Part shown: positions 57,421 to 64,000 of the stretch, one piece after another
Layout of the letters: every line of letters starts with the position of its first letter
How positions within the stretch are numbered: the first letter of the stretch is position 1
NCBI GenBank assembly: GCA_001949185.1
Contig: BDGG01000011.1
Location: 1,412,597-1,476,596 of the forward strand
Direction of reading: 5' to 3'
Origin: Ramazzottius varieornatus
Taxonomy: Eukaryota; Animalia; Tardigrada
DNA: 64,000 bases
The notes under the pieces: generated by a model
Seen by the model: only the letters and a program-made list of their open reading frames with translations
What the model was told of the DNA's origin: nothing
Databases searched by the model: none
Position numbers and translations under genes: made by a program

Positions 57421-60008
57421 TTAACTTAACGTCTGTATGGAACTAGACTAAGTAAGTGGCTCCAAGCGACGAACAATTGTTTGACACTCACAAGAGTCGT
57501 TTCCCCATCGGAGGGCCTGCTGGCATATGGTTCGTAACAAGTGAAGAGTTGCAGGCGATCCCGGTCCTGGTCGAACTCTAATGACTTTCCACGTATCCAA
57601 CTAGGGAATTCCAATAAGGGCGTTCCTGCAGTTCCCATATGTTTCACTTCGCAACGTGAATACACTGAAGTGCTACCCGGACAATGTTTTTGTCTGCTCC
57701 CTTTCTCAATCAGGTCATCTGCGAGAAAAATTTGCATTCATGTTTGCTGAAGTTGAAGACGCGTTCTGAAGATAGGTTTGACCTGGACAACCACGATTGT
57801 GCGTCCGGCACTCCACGGTGGCGATCCGAACACTATCCATCCCTCGACCTGCGAAACTGGTCGTGTAGAACTACGCAACTATTGCGAAGGTTCTGTGTAA
57901 GTCGTTGAATGCCAAGCAGGTGGAGGCTATGGTTCAGCACAGCAGATTCGCCAGCCATGAAGGACAACCCAGCGGTTAATAATGCTCATGTACAGTAGTA
58001 CGTGCTACCAATGAGTATGAACCATCCACCCCACGCTTCATTTGAGAAGATATTATTAATAGGAAATGCTATGAGGACTAATCATTTTGGACTTGGTGCC
58101 TTAATCGTAATTTATAATGTTTAATGTTTAACGTCTCGCTGCACAAGGACAAGCCTTATCGAGACTACGGGAAATGGCAGTACAAAAATCAAAATTCAAA
58201 GAATAGAAGAGCAAATTAGCATTGTTATTCAGATCTCTAAAGTTCAGAGAATTATTTCTGTTGAGAATTTGGACTAGCGACACCAAGATACCATGGTCGC
58301 TGCCGGCGTATTTCTGACGCTGCCGCGCCAGGTTTCTCTGTTTAGGGCTGTCCCCAAAGCAAGCTTTGGTGGGGCGAATACTAAGGAAACATGGTCACGT
58401 GCCTAACAAAATGAGTCGTAAAACGTGCCTGACAACATCAAGTTGCATACCACATTTCGCTAACAGACAGTTCGAAAGACTTGACTGCAATAACTTCGGG
58501 TGTGGAAGACATACCGCACCGACCGAGATGCATTCTGCAAAAAACTCCAGAATTAAGTTTCTAACCCTGGTTTAACTTGGAAAAGCGCACCACTACTTTG
58601 CGTAACCGGTAAGAACCGAGAAAGATTTCAAACGCGCTGAACTGACTCGGAAAACGAATTGAAACCGCCCAGTTTTTCCATTTTGCCTGGAAACCTCATT
58701 CAGTGGAAAATTCCGGATGTTCTCCCAGATCAGCGAATTCGTGATGCAACATGTTTTCCTGCAGCTCAGTCCATGTCCTAATCATGTCCGTTGACAGCAC
58801 TGCGAGACGTCAACTGAGAACTGAAAAAGTAATTTCCAAAAGCCAGCCTGAAATTTGCGAAAGTTGTACTTTTCACTTCGCACCTGCCCTAGCTTAATTT
58901 GGATTCCGAAGTTCCGGAAAGAGATTTGTGGTCGGTATTTTCCAAGAGTTAACAAACAGGTCATCAAATGGAAATAAACTGATGTCAAAGCCAGGCAATA
59001 ACCGCACGGAGATAGTCTTGACATAAAGAGTGGTAGCTAGTTGGCCAGATCGGGGTGTAGTAACCTCTCAACATGAATCGGTAGATCTTTCACTCATCGG
59101 TTACTCATCGATACTACTGAAGTGACCCATGTTGTTATCCCCTGCGTAAGTGTGGCGGGTGTTCAACGGTTAATATGAAACTCCACATGGGTATCGGCGG
59201 TCCAGTTTTGTAACAATGGGCTTCCAACCAAAGTGTTCAGGAATTGACTTTGAAGTTTTGGGACCCCAAGGGCAAGTTGAACTGCTGATGCAGTCAGCTG
59301 TAACAGACATCGAGGAAAACGATGCTCGAGTTTATTCGGCCTTCTGACCAGTGGTCAAGCGGCAACGTCAGAAAAATCTGAAGAGGCTCGAAATGTTGAG
59401 TGAAAATTCTTTGAGGTAAGGTGACATCATACAGCGTGAGAATGCGGCTGCATCTGTTCGAACGCAAAACCCTCAAAGAGGGGTATCTCATTTTCCCGAA
59501 AGGGCGAACAGTACCTGGAGTCACGGCGAGGACGGCAAACTTACCACGCAATGCCCTTCGACATGCTTGACAGCCTCATGTAAAAGAATGGTACTTTGAA
59601 AAAGAGAACCATTGTTACAAAATTGGGCCGCCACGACTCACATGTTGCATCGTAAGGTGTACCGTATTATGAATTATCGGGCATGGAACGCAGAACATTA
59701 CAACAACAACGCAGCAGATGTCACTGGTACCTGACACGGCTGTTTGAAGCTGCATGGTTGCCCGAGCAATGCACTTGAGTTTCGGGCTTGATTCCGATGT
59801 TTCGAGGCTGAAAAACGTCAATGATGCCGATTAAGTGGCAACAATTTTATCAAGAATCCAGATCAAGTCGATCACAGTGATAATGAAGAAATAGCCGCAG
59901 TTTCAAAACAGCGTAAGCACGATAAATACGAACACGCATGTTCTGCAAAGTTGCTTCGTCTTTTCGGCCAGAAAAATACCCACATTGCTTTCCAACACCT
60001 GAAGAATA

Positions 60009-60293
60009 ATGTCTGAGCTTAAGTATCGAACTATTTGGGCATGTTCCCTGCTTTGTTTAGTCTTGTTGCTCTGTAACTACGGAGCAGACGGCCAAGGAAC
60101 GTCGGTGACGGCTGAACCTCCCGGAATGCACTGGACACTGTTTCCTCTCTTCAATAACGGGCGTCAAAAGCGGGAACCCAAGGACGACCGAGGAAAAGCG
60201 ACGGATAGAGAACTAACGCTGGCCAAGGAACGGCTGAAGAATCGACCCCGGTCGCAGGAGAGACCTCTCCCTCAAGGCCACGGTAAACATTGA
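60009..60293 (+). CDS. Small secreted prepro-peptide, paralog A (94 aa)
   Basis: Signal peptide, RQKR furin-type site and a basic C-terminal peptide; homologous to 62339-62638. Confidence 0.8.
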   Translation: MSELKYRTIWACSLLCLVLLLCNYGADGQGTSVTAEPPGMHWTLFPLFNNGRQKREPKDDRGKATDRELTLAKERLKNRPRSQERPLPQGHGKH

Positions 60294-60954
60294 CCAAGCT
60301 CCACGAGTAATTTCCATATATGACGCCTGTTTTCTCTAGTTGGTTGTTCCGAGGTGTTTTCCCAATTGTTCAGGAAACGACTTTTTGTGGAGGGGAGTTA
60401 GTCCAACTCTCGAAACCGCTTATGCAGTTATTTAGAGCACGCCTCGAAAGATCAATCTTTGGAGTTATTCGAAAAACGCACGGTTGGGAGAATTTGGGCA
60501 GAAATGTCCACGTACGGAAGAAAACTCGAGAATAACTTTTTTATACCAGTTTTCTATGCATGGTTTGCACTACAGGCCGGATCAGCTGTTTCCGCGACGC
60601 AGCTATCTGCCCTCTATAACTGACCAAAAACATTACTGGCATATTATTGTTTACGAAAGTGCCCGCCAAGCAAGCTGTCTTCCGCACATGGAACGGTGTT
60701 CTGAGTAACTTTCGGACACTGGTCAAATGTTCATTACCGTGTCATTTGGTGTCAACCCCAGATTTAGGTGTGTCTCCATGAGCTTTAACAGCTCGTGTCT
60801 TAAAGGGGTCAAAAATGGACGTGTCCGAGAACGGCCAAATAGCAAAAACAGGCGTCAATATAGTTGTTTTTCCTTTTCGATAACATTCATGTCGTTGTCT
60901 ACATGAGCACGCGTTGGTGTATGTGGCGACCAAAAACCGTCAAAGATAAATATG

Positions 60955-61080
60955 TCAAGTGGCGCATGCCTCCGTCCAATAACAATAGAACCATGCGCCA
61001 CTTGGGAGCAAACGGATGAAATCCTTTTTTTAACCGCCTCACGTTTCCCGTGTTAGTCACTCGAAAAGTGCGCCGCTTGA
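60955..61080. repeat. AAGTGGCGCA-N27-TGCGCCACTT element (intergenic)
   Basis: Motif ends 60966, partner at 60994; an extra right-hand motif at 61069. Confidence 0.75.
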
Positions 61081-62338
61081 GAAAACAGTCCAGTTTCGAT
61101 TTCCGGCTTTCATTCTTTACAGTGAAATGTGGTGCTCGGGCAAAAGTCTGACGATTAACCGTGACGTAGTTTTGTGTTTCAGGTGGGGCAGGGGGTGGAT
61201 GAGGCTAACTGACCCATCCTGTAGGGTCGCTACTCAGGGAGCATACAGAGAGCTTGGTCATCCGAGCTACTCTGTTGATGATGCTGACTCTCAAAACTGT
61301 TTGCCGAAACAGCGGGATGTTGACGGATGAACAAGCTCCTGAGAAAGAACTGAATTGTCTTTCCTGTATTGTACGGTAACAAGCAGGAGCTCGCTTGTGG
61401 GCTCGCTCAGCCTGTTTATCAATTTTATTATAATGGTCATAAATTGCTCAAACTTGACTTCTCTTTTCAGAGACCTTCAGACACAGTGCTTTGTTTCAGC
61501 AAAAGATTCCTTAGCCAGAACGATTCTTTTTAGAGATGTTCGAAAATTCAACAGCCTCAATTTCGTTCGTGAATCACTTAATAAACTCTCCTTCAGTTTG
61601 AAACTTCCATTTGACTCGGCAATATTATGAACTTCCTGTTCCGGTGTTCACTGTACTGTATACTCTGCGGTAATTTCCGTGCGTCACTCGACTCATTTTC
61701 ACATCTCTGGGGAAGAGTAGGCTTGCGACTCGTTACATTAGCGGCACGTATGACGTCAGGCTACCGTCATGATGAAATCGCAGTCAGCTGATTCGCGACC
61801 GTAGACCATTTTCTCAATCCTCAACTGTCTCGTGACTTGTGCTTGCGCGAACAAATCTTCAGAAGACCAAAGGGTGAGACTAAAACTTGAATCTCCTTTT
61901 CAAACTAATATCAATTACAGAATGGAGAAGAATAAGGATTAAAACTCTACGATGATTACGATAGACGTCACTCTATTTCAGTATGAGGATCTACACGCAT
62001 CCTGTCTATTATGACGAAGCCCTGTGACGTACGGAGATTACCGCAGAGTTTACAGTAGTTTGGTGCAGTTCAACGCCATGCCATGTTGTTGACATAGGTT
62101 CCTTGTCGAGGTTGTCGATCAGAAGTCAGAGGGCACAGTTCACCAGACTCCATCTGAACCAGTTTGCAGATGGTTTCATGTTTGTACCAGAGCTAGAGTG
62201 TCAGGCAAAAAGCAACAGTCGGAAAAGTCGATGTTTCGCTGAAGACGAGCTGTGTGTTCTCACTGAATGCTTTTAGTTAGTCTTTATCCCACTTCAGAAC
62301 TCTGATTTACAGCAAGGAAACCGAAAGCTTGCGCGAGA

Positions 62339-62638
62339 ATGATTAGACGATATTCTTCCCGATCCGTCTTGTGGATGGCTTTACTCTTCGTATGCCTGAG
62401 TTATTTGCCGCCGAACGTGGCTGGTCATATGACAGCGGTAACTATGGCACTTCCGACACTACGAACTTTGTTTCCTCCCTTGAGGCCCTTCACTTCCATG
62501 CTGCGGAATAAACGAGAAACCAAGGACAAAGGCGGGAAAGGATCCAAGGATAAAGAGCTGAAAGTGGCAAAGTCGAGGCTGAAAGAGCGACCTCGCTCGG
62601 TAGAACGACCCATCCACCCATCGGATCAGCGCGGGTAA
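62339..62638 (+). CDS. Small secreted prepro-peptide, paralog B (99 aa)
   Basis: Signal peptide, RNKR site and a basic C-terminal peptide ending in Gly. Confidence 0.8.
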   Translation: MIRRYSSRSVLWMALLFVCLSYLPPNVAGHMTAVTMALPTLRTLFPPLRPFTSMLRNKRETKDKGGKGSKDKELKVAKSRLKERPRSVERPIHPSDQRG

Positions 62639-63364
62639 CCAACGCCATCAGGGGGATCCCCATCCTCAACAGCCAGTCGATTAAAAAACAATTTCTTGAA
62701 TACCTGAGATGAACAACTTTTTAGCGCTTCGACAAAAAGTATTAATAATCAAAGCATGAACGGAGAACAGACTGAAAGTTAACTTTCATCAGAAATAGAA
62801 GCAAGGTGGCGGGAACAGAATATTTCTCAAAATCCAGCTGGTGATCGGTAGCGCACCACATGGATTTTGCCGTTTCACTTGCGCACTTTCGTTTAGTGTA
62901 AAACTGAAATTTGTTCTCGAGCCTGGACAGCAGTCAGGCTTGACTTCCTTCTGCTCAAACTAGTCACTAGACATCTCTCTTCCATCTGGAGCTGAAGTCA
63001 AACTCAAATGTACGATGGAGAAGAAACTATATGACTTCTTCCAGAACGCAAAGCCCTAAAAAACCTCCCATCGTATACATTACAGAATGTTTTCAACGAA
63101 TGACTTCCCAGCCCTGGCTCTAATGGTGCCGTATCACCCATAAGTTAACCTACACTCGAGCAAAAAAACTGCAGAGATCGAACGACCACAGAATGTCTGG
63201 TGAGCACAGCTTTATAGCTTATTGAACCCCCTATGTAGTGGTCACATTACTGCACTCGCAGTAAGCTCGCGCATATACACGGAACCAATTAAATTTGATC
63301 ATGACAGTACTTTTTCCATTGTAAACCGCCCAAAAGAGGAAGCTATGATACCAAGAGAGGCTTC

Positions 63365-64000
63365 TCACCACTGTGATGTGCCGTCCAGTCGAGCTTTGAC
63401 TGCATCGCGCGTCCAAAAATCCATTCTGTCATCAAATTTCTTGGAATTAGTGGTGGAGGATAATACGTCGAAACATTCTTGGAGCCACTGCGATTGGGCG
63501 GGTGGGTATTTCCACAATACATCACTGCGGGCTATTACGTCGCTCATCCATGGTAGGCAATAGAATACGCCATCTGACCTGCTGCAGTATTTTTCATAGA
63601 CTTTCATGTCAAATACGACTTCTGGTATACAAAGTTGCTGGAAGGGAACGTGGAACAAACCATCCTTTTGTGAACTCGTCCACCTGTACAAACTGATACC
63701 TGGTACAGGTAAAGTTTCTCGCGGTCGAGTGTACCACAGCGATCGAAGGGCGTGACGAGAATTCACTAACATACGACGAAAAACCAGACAGTCAGTGACA
63801 CTCGACAACAACTCTTTGACTTTCGCCTCGCGTTCAGGCCACATTGGACGTCCATCTTCGTCCGAGTTAAACAGTTCTCTGACATAATCCCACTGCAGGT
63901 CAACCACTATAATGCGAATAAGGCGATTCGGGAACGTGAAAAAGGTGGTCTCCAGGTAACTTATGGGACCATCTTGGTGCAATCTCAGCCAGTAGACAAA
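63365..64000 (-). CDS. Hypothetical protein, 3' part (frame open to the right window edge)
   Basis: More than 210 open codons with globular-protein composition; no family recognised. Confidence 0.55.
   Translation of the reverse strand, partial: FVYWLRLHQDGPISYLETTFFTFPNRLIRIIVVDLQWDYVRELFNSDEDGRPMWPEREAKVKELLSSVTDCLVFRRMLVNSRHALRSLWYTRPRETLPVPGISLYRWTSSQKDGLFHVPFQQLCIPEVVFDMKVYEKYCSRSDGVFYCLPWMSDVIARSDVLWKYPPAQSQWLQECFDVLSSTTNSKKFDDRMDFWTRDAVKARLDGTSQW

Overview
Eukaryotic invertebrate genomic DNA with short GT-AG introns. The compact genes and gene content are compatible with an ecdysozoan such as a tardigrade, but that is inference only. Apparently intact host genes: a GPI-anchored 3xIg+FN3 adhesion protein (klingon/wrapper-like, minus strand), an ATG8/GABARAPL2 gene missed by the ORF track, a ZCCHC2/ZCCHC14-like zinc-knuckle protein, an effector-type caspase with a near-identical inverted second copy running off the left edge, an intronless class A GPCR, junctophilin, and two paralogous small secreted prepro-peptides. 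Decayed or mobile material: a THAP/P-element transposase gene with two nonsense codons, a TTAA-bounded piggyBac with a nested Tc1/mariner remnant, a pogo fragment, a PP4 catalytic-subunit relic, a Gly/Tyr-rich secreted peptide gene with one internal stop, and about a dozen MITE-like inverted-repeat elements. The most unusual unexplained signal is a dispersed, mostly intronic element made of two inverted CCAAGTGGCGCA motifs around a sequence-variable spacer of fixed length (26-27 nt). About 19 units occur, often paired at 71-73 or 81-83 bp. There is no CRISPR array, rRNA or recognisable tRNA.
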